From NCBI GenBank assembly GCA_040954595.2, contig CM082578.2:11043166-11107165 (forward strand): a DNA stretch of 64,000 nucleotides, in the 5' to 3' direction. Below are positions 40,196-52,365 of this stretch, piece by piece. Below the pieces are notes generated by a model, which saw only the letters and a program-made list of their open reading frames with translations, was not told the origin of the DNA and did no database searches. This DNA comes from Balanoglossus misakiensis (Eukaryota; Animalia; Hemichordata). The translations under genes and the position numbers were made by a program. Every line of letters begins with the position of its first letter. Within the stretch, counting starts at the first letter, position 1.

Positions 40196-42466
40196 ATGTT
40201 TAGAGACGCCATTCCTATATTTGTGTTCGGCGGACTTTTTGTGGCATTTATTGGTAAGCTGTTTGTTGATGTCGATTCCCTCCAGACATGTTATCCGCTG
40301 TCGCCTTATTCCAATCGTTACAAATCTAATTTCACAGGAAGGGATTTCGTTCTATATAATGTACGTGTGCATTTTGTTGATGCAGATCAGCTATAAGCTG
40401 TTTACAAGAATTGCAACACAATGACCGTAAATACCATATGTTCTTTTCAAGGTGTGAGTTCAGGTCATGTGAACCCTTACAGTCGTCTGTCGTCCGACCT
40501 GTTAGATGGCTATGATAAGTACGCGTTGCCCGTCAAAAACGCGTCGGAAATCCTGGCCGTTGAGATCGGTGTGTGTTTGCATCAGATCGCGGAAATGGTG
40601 AGTGTAGAAACACTTTTACGCCAACTGCTATATATGGTTCAAACGGGCTAATTTCCTTGTTTCATTGGGGAACTTTGAAAATTGTCTTTATGTCCTTGAA
40701 GTTATGGCAACACAGTGTGCTCATCTGTTATATTATAGTACATGGTTGAGGATGATTGAGTTAACCGAAATTATTCTGTTCTGGTTCGTGATGATTCTGA
40801 ATATATTTTCTTCACTTTGCAGGACGAGAAATCACAACAATTCACGGTAACGGCATTTATTCAACAGGTAATTACGTTCCTTCTAACTTTTGTACATATG
40901 TTTCCTGTTTCACGTGTAGCAACAGTCTACTAGTACGCATTCTCGGAAAGGAGAAATTGTTAAATCTGTAAATAAACGCGCGTCCTTTTCAATTCCTAGA
41001 AATGGACTGACCAGTACCTTGAATGGGACCCGTCGGAATATGATGGTATTACAGAAACGAGGTTACCAGTCGATATGATATGGCGGCCTGATACCGTGGT
41101 ATTCAACAAGTAAGTCACGTGCGAACATTTTCATCCTCAGTGCGCGTCAGATCAATTGCCACCTATACCCAAGACATCATTATTTGCCCCTTCATTGATG
41201 ACATATAACATTTACTTAGTGTCGGTGTTCCTCTGCTTTTCTTACCACAGCGTTGATCAAACGTACGGGCATTTCACAACCTCGGACAGCAACGCAGTGA
41301 TCACCTCCCGGGGCGATGTGCTCTGGTTGGCTCCGGTCCTGCTGAAGAACAGCTGCAAGTTCGACATCAAGAACGTTCCTTACGACACGCAGAAGTGTCA
41401 GCTCCCCTTTGCGTCGTGGTCGTACGAAAAGACCCGATTGGAGCTGGTGAATGCCTCGGTGAGACTCGACAATTATCGGGAGCACGGCAAGTGGGAGCTG
41501 CTCGAGGCCGACATCGCTCCCTTCAGCGCCACGTTGACCAGTCGGAGATATGAGATGGCGGGGGCGCTGTTGACACTGACGCTGCAGCGCCGTCCGCAGT
41601 TTTGTCTGCTGTTCGTGGTCGTCCCTTACATTCTGATAGGCGCCATCAGTCTCCTTGTGTTTTTGCTGCCAGCGGAATCCGGCGAGAAAATGTCGTTGGG
41701 CATCACCAATTTGCTGACCCTGATTCTCTTCTACGTCGAAATATCTCACATTCTACCAGCGACGGCCGACAGCCAGTTTCCACTTTTAGGTAGGTCCGAG
41801 TTAAATTGATTCATCCAAGGAACTTTTCCCACATTTTTCCAGTTGTCCACATTATTAATGTGACGTTCTCGTGTCTTTTTTCGTTGCTAAGGCACATTCC
41901 ACTTTGTCTTCATATGTTTCGTGTCTGCATCCTGCATCCTGACCGTCTTGGTGTTGAACATTTACCATCGAAAGAACAGCCAGCGCCCTCTGCCCATGTG
42001 GGTTCGCCGCCTCTTCTTCGGTCGCTGGGGATTGCACAGGTTCGTGTGGTACTTCCCCGGTAGGAGAGAGGAGGACTGCTACAGGGACAACTTTAAGCGA
42101 ATCTGCAGAGGACCAGCTTGGCGCCCGCACGCGGTGAAGCAAAGCATCGCGCTTGGCAACTCTCTTCTTTCCTCGCCCGGGGGCGCGACTCCTCTACTGC
42201 AGTGCGATATTAGCTGCGAGAGACTGTCGCAGGGTTTGGTCGACATTCGAAGTGACATCTCACAGACGATGTGCCGCCTGCAACGCATCGAAAGTCGCCT
42301 GATGATGAACGAGAACCCCAACCCGTTTGCCGACAACCACGCGAGTCCGCTGTGTAGTGACTGGCAGAAAGTCTCCATAATTTTGGACCAGTTGTTTTTC
42401 ATAATTTTGTTCTCACTGGCCTCGGTCGCATGCATTGTTTTCATGATCCTGATGAGCTGGTCATAA
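40196..42466 (+). CDS. Nicotinic acetylcholine receptor-like Cys-loop channel subunit, non-alpha/divergent, copy 3 (about 490 aa)
   Basis: Exons 40196-40253, 40452-40597, 40823-40867, 41000-41109, 41251-41789, 41892-42466. Cys-loop CKFDIKNVPYDTQKC, ASWSY, M2 SGEKMSLGITNLLTL, WQKVSIILDQLFF. Confidence 0.92.
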
Positions 42467-43414
42467 AAGAACACGAGCTGAATTATTTTCCTGAATTTTA
42501 CGTGCATATGACCACTGACTTGACATACATTATGGCTGCCTCAAAGCAAACTGACCGAAAATGCCTGCTCTTTTTTCCTTCAAAGAATGGACAGTTAAAA
42601 CTTACTGAGTTGATAATACGTACTATCAGTTTCTTAATTATGAATATTTTATTAACAGTGTAATATTACCCAAGACTTTCAGATGAGAAAAGTTTTTGAA
42701 AATACCATAATACTCTAGTCAACAAACACCCAAATCAATTTACAAGTGGTCCATGGTATAAATTAATGCAATTTCATATACAGGAAATACAGGTGCAATT
42801 TACACTCTATGGTATAATAATTGAGGTGTTAAATCCCCAGAAATTGCGTGACTGTATTCCAGCCCATGGAAGACAAAGTCAGGCATTTTCATTCACTGCA
42901 TCAGAACATACAATGTACTTTTGTAACTGAGGTGAACCAGGTGAGCTGCAATGCAGTCTGGTTTGGTGGGAGAATTACAGAGAAGCAGCTGCTGAAGTGA
43001 TGAGGGTAAGGATGTCACGACCAGGCTGCCCATTAACATAAATGTATGTTAATAAGGACAGAAACCATACACCCCTATGACACAGGCCAATATCAGAACT
43101 CTAGTTGAATAAACTGGACCTATCATTTATATATACATACATGTGTGTGCGTATCATTTCTATGACTGTAACTGTCAATCAAGCACTGTTAGATTTACAG
43201 GAAACAAATATACCTTGGGAAAGGGGAAAAACACAAGTTGAATCACCTTATCATTTTAAAAGAACACTTCTGTGGTTTCATGTATGCGATTTGTAAATAC
43301 ATGTAACCTAAAAGAATGAACAGTCGCTTCCAAAAACGGAAAGCCATCGTGAAAAAAAGCATCCCTGTCACGGTGCATAGTATTGCATTGGAATCGAAGA
43401 CCTGTCATGTAACA

Positions 43415-46104
43415 TTACAAGCTTGGAGCTGCATAATTCAGAAATTTCATGGCTACTTCAAAACCCAGGAAGCATGCCTGAAAGAGAGAAAAAGAGAGAG
43501 GGAGGGTTGAAGGCACTATAAATGATAATGGAATGCAAAGATAACTGCCGTACATTGAACTTTTGTGAGTTTACAGGTAAAAAGGTAAAAAATGCAAACG
43601 CACAGAACGACAAACTGTGTTGGGATACTCACAGCATTGGCCGGGAAAGCCCTCAGCATGACAGGGGTAATGCCCTTGTATATAGCAAGGATTCCTTCAT
43701 TCCGGACTAAAGTCATGAAGACACTGCGGATGCCGTTAGGATACGTTCCTTCGGGAGCTGTAAAAACATGGGCATGGTAAATATATATCTTAGTAGTCTA
43801 CAGACGAAAGTAAAAATTGGCAGGATATTTCTAGTGTACATAATCAGCAAGACGATGCAGAACAGGCATAAGCTGTCTCTAGCTTCAGATGGCTAAAAAT
43901 CAAAATAGTATATCTGAGGACTTTTTGGGGGGAGGGGGGGGGTGTACTCAAGGGCAACGTACTCACCTGTTTGAAGTCTAGATTTCAGAGTATCAGGCCC
44001 AATTGCAACTAACCAATTGAAGACGCCGGCCATACCGCCCGCAAATAATATTGTACCAACACTCAATTCATCGAACCTGCCAGGTACAAACAAAACGTTG
44101 AACTACATGTATTAAACACAGTACCAATGTGCACTTGGAGAGATTGAGGGGTTCACACGACTCTTCAGAATGACCACAAAATTCACTGTTGACTGGGGAA
44201 CAAGTGAGCTTGAGGAAGTCAAAAGACTCACTTCTTTCCTGCTGGTGTGAGGGATTTCTTCAGCCACTCGTACACCATGAAATAGACACCACTGGCTGGG
44301 ACATCTGCAAGTGAACAGATCAAACATGTATCAAGTTGAGTCTTTGAAAGGTCTTTTTTTTATGAAAAGATGTAACACCAGAGGACATAGGCTGAAATCC
44401 TACTGTACCTCTCAGGAGTGTGGCAAATGTGCCCTTGTAGACGCCTCGGAACAGACCGGCTTCCCTGTAGATCTGCTTGGCGCAGTCAACTGGTCCCTTG
44501 TATTTCGACGTCCCCTGAGATTGCTGAATCTGTGAATGGAAATAAAAATTGCAGATCTGAGCTAAACAGTTGCTATTTGGCCTTAGCGCTTCCATGGTGT
44601 GATAATTCTTGCTGCCGCATTGCTCAGGCAATGGCTTCCGACTGAAAATGCATCTTGAGAGAGAGAGAGAGACTGACAAAAGTTATCATGCAGTTAATAC
44701 TACACAGTTTGTGAGCCACTGGGACTTACCTGAAGAAGGCACTTGATCCTCTCACCAGGCGTCATGATCACCGTGGTGAACACGCCCGCCAACATCCCTG
44801 CATTGAACAACTGTAATGGCCTGTTCAGTCAAAAAGAAATACAACATGAAGACACCAGCACACACTAGTGCAAATTTTACAGCATTGTTTAATCTCTGCT
44901 GGTAATATCTCTGCAGTATCGCAACAAAAATTGTGCAGTGTGTCACAGAAAATGGATTCACTGTAAACTAGTCGGTTTTCATTTCGCTGTCAGTGTCTTC
45001 ACGTGCTTCACAACTCAAGAAGATCTTTGGCAAAGTGCCAGGAACTCCAGGACAAATCTACTGAACACTTTGGACTTACGTCAGTGGAACGTTGGGGTCC
45101 TTCTGCTGGAGCTTCTTGCCGACTCCGAATCCGAGGAAACAAATTGCAAAAATTGGGGTCACTCCAACAACTGGAGCTGCCATACCTTTGTACAGTCCTC
45201 TTACTCCCTGGGTGTGAAAAAATATCATGCAAATATATGATAATCTTAAAAAATATTATATTGTACATCAAATACTTTCTTCAGTAATTGTGTAATTTAA
45301 TTATTACATGTATAGTACAACATTGTACAAACCACAACTGTGGTTTATACTGGACTTACTTCATTTCGTACTGTTTTTATAAAACAGTCCCATGTTCCCT
45401 TGAACAGTGGCTGCTGACCAGGTGCTGGCGCTGGCTGTGTCTGCAGTCGCACCTGTTCCAACAAAACACAAAAAAGTTGTCCATGACTATGAACCAAATT
45501 TGGCCACAGTGCTGACACAGTATAATCTACCAGATCGCCCAGGTCTTCACAGAATTTAGGTTCTAGGGGGAAAATAGCTCACAAAAATTATAGCAACTTT
45601 TGGCAAATTGACACCATGCATCACCTAGTAAAATCGTCGGTGAAAAGGGGGGGGGTGGGATAAAGTTCGCCCATTTTAAATGGTTTGAAAGAAATTTCGG
45701 CGGGGAATCATACAGTGCTCATAACAAATGTCCAAAGGTCAACATGTATAGCTGCGGACATTGCCCTTTACTGCGAAGTTGGTCTAGAACAGTGAACAGC
45801 TCACTGGCTACATATGAGCCCACAGATAACACTGCCCACGTAACGGTAAACCGTACACTAACACTACACAGTCTAAAACGCCGGGCACGGTATCGTATTA
45901 ATTCCATACACCGATCGGCGTCAAAATTGCAAACGGTTGTTCTTAGATTTTTGCGCCTAACATTTGCATAAACACATCGCGTCTTGGCTTTAAATATCAA
46001 AATTAATATACCTTGATAGTGTCGAGGGGGTGGCCAGTAACAACAAGGCAAACACCACCAAAACCACCGGCTAGGAAATTCTTTGCTGGGCTGATCTCCG
46101 CCAT
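43415..46104 (-). CDS. SLC25A20: Mitochondrial carnitine/acylcarnitine carrier (about 298 aa)
   Basis: 9 exons (minus strand): 46104-46012, 45452-45360, 45207-45080, 44820-44730, 44529-44409, 44304-44232, 44076-43967, 43757-43633, 43477-43415. Hallmarks: [102 protein letters not shown]. Confidence 0.95.
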
Positions 46105-46752
46105 GTTGAAACCGACTACGAGCGCACGCGCACCACTCAGGGTGATAGGTCAGATGTCAGGAAAGGTCACGCGAAGTCAACGGGCCACTGCACTCTCATC
46201 ACATGAATATCTTAGAGCTGGGCTTACAAGTTGAAGGACAGACTGACACACTACACTGAACACTAGTCATGGTATTTTACGGAGCACGTTTGTAGACAAA
46301 CAATCGCATGCCGCTTTGCATGATAAAGCAAGGTATTCAACTTCACGCGCCATGCCCTACCGCAAGCGGCGCACTATGGATCGAGACCAGGCATTTGTGT
46401 GATTACTTGTACATTTGTACATGTATCTTATCTGACACTTCGATTGATTTGTGTGGCTGCACCAAACATGGCGAGTGCAGACTTCTTGCGCAATGTCTTG
46501 TTTTCTGTTGAATAATGACGCTGGGTTCTGGCCTGGCCAGTTTAATGTTAAGGCCCAGACACCGCTCTGAAAGATCTTTTGGGAGTTTTTTAGTATTATT
46601 AAAAAGCTGCTTGACAAACAACTGAAAATGTTTAAAGGCGCCTTTTACGTTTTTTTTTACATCACAGAACATGTCCATGGATAAAACTATCGTGACTTGA
46701 CATAAGCCTAGGCCTAGGGCATGAACGACAACAAAATCATATATACATGTAC

Positions 46753-46845
46753 CTTGATAGTGTCCAGAGGATAACCAGTAACAACTAGACATACACCACC
46801 AAAACCACCGGCAAGGAAATTCTTCGTTGGGTGCACCTCCACCAT
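46753..46845 (-). CDS. SLC25A20: Duplicated alternative first coding exon of SLC25A20
   Basis: 93 nt, same length and phase 0 as exon 46104-46012, with intact ATG and AAG|gtacat donor. Encodes [31 protein letters not shown]. The upstream block at 46876-46906 is homologous to 46149-46180. Confidence 0.7.
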
Positions 46846-48617
46846 ATTGAAACCGGCGCACAACCAACGGCAAAAGTCAGATGTCAGAAAGGCCTCGCAA
46901 AGTCAATGGTGGTGAGGGCAAATGAATTTGGTGAGACGACAGATTTCTACAGATTACGGCCGGTGCGTTTCACCAAAATGATAACAGCAAGAAATCATAT
47001 TGACATTGTGGAACGCTGATAAGCGATTATTTTTGCTGCCAGGCTTTGTTCTCATTGATGCCTTTGATACGTGCATATACAATTAAGGAAAAGTATACCT
47101 AGGCCTTGCGTGCTGTGTAAATAAATATTGAATGACAACATTATTTAATCGCTGCTTATTCAGATGCTGACAATGCGACACTGTTGTTGTCATCATGGTT
47201 GTATATCATTTCGAAAATAGAAGTAAAAGTTGCATTTTATATTGATTTCACAGTTGGTTTGAATTGTTGTTTTCTGCAGATTTCTTTGTCATTATTGTAA
47301 TCATATTTGATGCATTGTCCAGGAAATAACACACAGTAACACACTGCCCCATACCGGCCCACGTGAATATGTTATAGCAGGAAGCAATCGCCACCAAATC
47401 AATATGCCTAATGTCAAATTGCCGTTCAATAGTGCATGGTTTTTGTCGATTCCTGAAATAAATTGACGTCAATTTTCAAATGAAAAATATCACGAAAATA
47501 GGTAATAGGTAATACAAACGATTCGAAGTAGATATTCATCCAAATTTGGATGATTTTGAGAATGATTTTCTGAGCGGCATGCCAGGTGCAAAATTGCCCT
47601 GAATATCCTGCGATTACTCTCTGATTCGTAGAAATGTAATCATTCGCAGGTGGTCTTGGACGGGTTTCCTCCCAATTACGACGACACATCGCGAAAATTC
47701 GAGAAAACCGCAAACACGTACGCGACGCTTTGTTTCGTAGGATATAGCCTCTTTATTTTTGTGCAGTACTGGTGGTGGGAGGCCTTTAAAAATTGCAGGT
47801 TGCTGTTAAAGTTCTCGCATCGCCCTGCCGGTGTACATTGTATCTATACAATCCACCCTTTCATCGCTGAGCTGGCAGTCAGAGCGACGACAAAGTTGTC
47901 CGAATCGTTCTAATGAAACACCACGATTATCGAAAATCACACTTACAAAGTAAACTTACTAAGGGGTGAATAATGGAACGATACTTCATAAAGGCTTTAC
48001 TTCCTTCCCGCAGGTGTTTTAAGGGTCGTAGCTTGCAGGTCAAACAGGGGCAAGCATTCTTTATTCAAGTGCGGCGAATTGTGACTGTTTTGTTATGCAT
48101 GCTTTTCACCATTTAATTGCCTAACTTTGGGATCAATAAAGTATTATTGACTGAAATTGAATTGAAACAAACCACACCCACCATAAAAACAACAACAACA
48201 TACTGTATAATGGGTGTTTTATTTCTGATTTGTATAAACCAAGGCCCTGCGATTATGTCATCTCGTTGTTTGAATTGTTGTTATTTGTTTGTGATTTTAA
48301 TTCAAGGTGTAACTTCAAATCAAAACTGCCAATCATTTTGAAACTAGTAAATACATGATGGGCGTGGTTTGGGCGAAAGTGGACTCACGTGACTCGATCT
48401 ATTTTACACAATTGCCTATAAAAACAGGTTTTACAATGCATTATGTGTTCGACGAAATGCGCGGCGGTGGGCTACCTGTAGACGGTCCATCGTTCAGTCC
48501 TGCTGCACAGATGAAAACTGACCGCCCTTGTATTTACTCGTCACGGTGAGATATAATTCAGTATTTTAAAATCATTCAGGCGTTCTTAAAGATACGCGAC
48601 ACCGACTTTCAACCGAA

Positions 48618-50990
48618 ATGAGCATTCTACGTGGCATCAAGTTTAGTTTAAAAGTAAACGTGAGGGTTGTGCCGCAGCCGAGCCGCTGGCTGAGTGACCG
48701 AACGTGGACCCCTCCCCAGCTGAAATGGTTGGCCGAAGACGTCGACAGATTCAAAATCGACATTCCCGTAGAAAGGGCAAGCACACCACCAGCAACATGG
48801 TAAGCAGACCAAGTCTTTACGATCAGCAGATCTCGCTCAGTCTGTTGGGCAGGGTTCCATCTGTTTTTTTTTTTTTCGAAAACAACAAACGGATTATTTA
48901 TCGCTAACTTCTAGGAAGTCAAAGTTGTCGTACCGGTAACAAACTGCAGCGGGACTATAAATTAACGGAGATAATTGCACATAAACCGTAAAAAAAAAGG
49001 ATAAGCCGTAAAAACATCTCGGCATAGTACACGTACCACGCACCCGCTGTATTTAAAGTGTTGGTCAAACAATGTCAGAATTACGACTTTCTCCCCAATT
49101 ACAACGAACAGTACTGTTTAAACCTATACATACTTCTTCGCATGTTGTCATGGCATATGCAGATCCAATCGTGTGTTTACTTTGCAAATATCTGAACTCA
49201 GTGCAGTTCGCCCCCTTTCGATAGTTTTATTTGCGATTGGAACACATCACATATATTACAACCCTTTACAAATTTCCACTGTTTATGAAACGAGTATCGA
49301 GCTTTGCAAGTTTAGTTAGAACGGTTTTCCACGCATGAGACCAATACGTGCGTTGCCGGTCGATACAAGACCAGTATCTTTGCTTGTAGAGGTGGCGTTC
49401 GTGAGCTCAGCACAGCAAAGGGGCGTAGGATCCAAAACTTCACTGAAAACCTTGCTGCGCCTACCCCAGACTCTCTAAACAATTCTCTCCCACAGCACAA
49501 CAAAATCTCTGATTGATCGTGCGCCCGCAACGTTTTAGCTAACCCAACCAATATTTCTCTCCGACTGGAGATTCTGATTGAATGCGTGCCCACAACGGTT
49601 CTACTAAGCGAAGCTGGATATGAACCAGAATCCGAATATCTGCATATTATTATTTGATCAAACTCAACTTGGTCCATACTTTCAAATTTTGTTCTTTTTA
49701 CTGACAGGTACACCGATCAAGCATATCACGATTTGGAACTCAAAACCTTGTTCCGAGCAAACTGGCTTCCGATAGGCAGAACTGACCAAGTCGCAAATTC
49801 CGGCAGCTTCTTCACGGGTAAGTTTTTGAATGAATGAATGAATGAATGAATGAATGAATGAATGAATGAATGAATGAATGAATGAATGAATGAATGAATG
49901 AATGAATGAATGAATGAATGAATGAATGAATGAATGGCTATGTATGTGTATGGCTATGCGCTAGAGGAGACCAAATTATATATCGATGCACCTCTTAACA
50001 TATTACTGATTGCTGCCTGATTATCATGAACTTTCTCATTTATTGGTAGGGTCAGTGGGTCGCTCTCGCTACGTTGTTCTTCGCGACAACGACAAACGCT
50101 TGCGGGCGTTCCATAATATCTGCCGCCACCGGGGAATGCTGCTCTGCACGGAAGAGGCCGGCCAACTTTCGAAGTTCTCGTGTCCCTACCACGGCTGGAC
50201 GTACGATCTCAGCGGGCGTCTGACCAAAGCCACGCAGCTTCGGGGAATAAAGGACTTTTCGGCTAGAAACTTCGGTCTGAAACCGATGAGCGTGACCGAG
50301 TGGGGCCCGCTGGTTTTCATCGCCGACGACGACGAAGAGGCTGGCGACGCGGAAACCTTTCGGGGCGAACTGAGCAGTCTGTTGGAGCGGCTGCGGCAGC
50401 ACAAGTTCACGGACGACTGGAAGTTCGTCCGACGAACGAGGTACATCCTGAACTGCAACTGGAAAGTCGTCTGCGATAACATCCTGGATAACGGCTACCA
50501 CGTGACAGCCACACACCCCAAGTACAGCAAACTCCTGGATCTCTCCTCTTTGAGGACGGAAATTCTCGGGAGGTCCTCTCTCTGTTCGGTGTCGTCCGCC
50601 AGCGTCGATGACAGAGTCTCCGGTGACGTCATTCTTGCGCATATATTCCCTAATTTAATCATCAACCGTTACGGTGATTGGCTAGATACGAATATCGTCC
50701 TCCCTCTGTCTCACGACAAATGCGAAATCATCTACGATTATTACCTCCCGCGCGAATTCCCCGATGACGTCCAGGGCGCCTCGTATGACGAGTACGTCAA
50801 CAAATGCATAAACGAAAGCAATCTGCTGCAGGAAGAGGACAATGCGGTCTGTGAGGGCGTACAGCAGGGTTTGCAGTCGTCTGCTTACGAAGTTGGCCGA
50901 TACGCGCCAGGCGAAGAAAGACCGGACTACAATTTTCACGTAAACATAGCCAGGGAATTCAGGGCATATCTAGAGAAAGTAAAACACTAA
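48618..50990 (+). CDS. CMO: Choline monooxygenase-like Rieske non-heme iron oxygenase (about 410 aa), probable mitochondrial presequence
   Basis: Exons 48618-48799, 49708-49817, 50050-50990. ASTPPATWYTD resembles the plant CMO N-terminal motif. Rieske C-x-H...C-x-x-H: NICRHRG...CPYHGWTY. Mononuclear Fe site NWKVVCDNILDNGYHVTATH ... QEED..VCEGVQQGLQS.AY..GRY. N-terminus is basic and hydroxylated, with no acidic residue in the first 26 aa. Confidence 0.88.
49828..49935. repeat. (GAAT)n microsatellite in CMO-like intron 2
   Basis: About 27 perfect units starting 11 nt into the intron. Confidence 0.97.
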
Positions 50991-51481
50991 AAGAGACTAA
51001 ATGCTAATCTATTTCTCTGCGTCAAGTATAATGCTACTGTCGAATGATTCTGTTTAAATCGCAAATATGTCAGGTGTTATCCCATTAAGTTTTTAATGAC
51101 CCGCCAACTTTTCTATCACTTTTTCCAAGTATCAAAAACACGTTTACGATAATTGGATTCCGGATAGAAAATATAAGGATTGGGCACACAGGGGCACTCA
51201 AAGATAATTATATCTGCTCTGAGGCAGGAAGTAATGGGTGTATTGAGAAGGAATGTAAATATATTGGCGCATTAATATTCCTGATTATTATTCCGTTTTC
51301 ATTCATTTTAATGCAAGTAGAATTATCCGTGGTTGAATTACAATACTAATGACATTGTCATTGTAATAAATATGGTACGAAATTTCTAATAATTATGTAC
51401 TCATTTTGTGAAAGGTACAGATTCTAGGAAATTTATTAAACGTCCTCCATTTTTCTTCAATTCCTCACTGCAATAAATCTT

Positions 51482-51511
51482 GTGGTGGTGGTGGTGGTGG
51501 TGGTGGTGGTG
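51482..51511. repeat. (GTG)10 microsatellite
   Basis: Direct read. Confidence 0.9.
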
Positions 51512-52000
51512 TATTTAACCCTGATGATGGTACCAATTAAAATCCACTCCAACCATACCGCACAGGTGTCAACCCAAATCTGATGGTATTTTGACAACGT
51601 CCAAGTGTCTTGATTATTCACTTCATGGAAAGTTGCAGTTTCCTGCAAACCTGTTCCATTCCTTTTATTTAATGACCCCAAATTACCGTGTTGAAACTCT
51701 CGAGCTATTATAATAATATTATATTTGATATGTTATCACTGAACGACAACATGCGTTTAATTAAGATCACCCCATCATCGAGTAAAGGACATGGCTGAAT
51801 ACAGTTCTGACTAATTCCATGGTACCATGCTCTTCTGATCGACAAATTACAGAAAAACGCACGTATCTCGAAAATAAACAATGCATGTAGTCATTCTTCC
51901 TAAAATATCAAAAGTGGACCCATTGTGAAAACACTGAACATAATTCCATTTTCACACAAACAAGCGCCAATCTAGACTTGTCCTTGCCCTTTAGACCTCG

Positions 52001-52365
<365 letters not shown>

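Noticed and set aside
34168-42507. Multiple antisense and alternate-frame ORFs over the nAChR-like exons (also 50052-50642 over the CMO-like exon)
   Set aside because: Shadows of GC3-rich coding exons.
46403-46873. 156-aa minus-strand ORF
   Set aside because: Out-of-frame read-through across the duplicated SLC25A20 exon; the meaningful frame is 46845-46753.
49312-49713. 133-aa antisense ORF in CMO-like intron 1
   Set aside because: No recognisable motifs or supporting signals.
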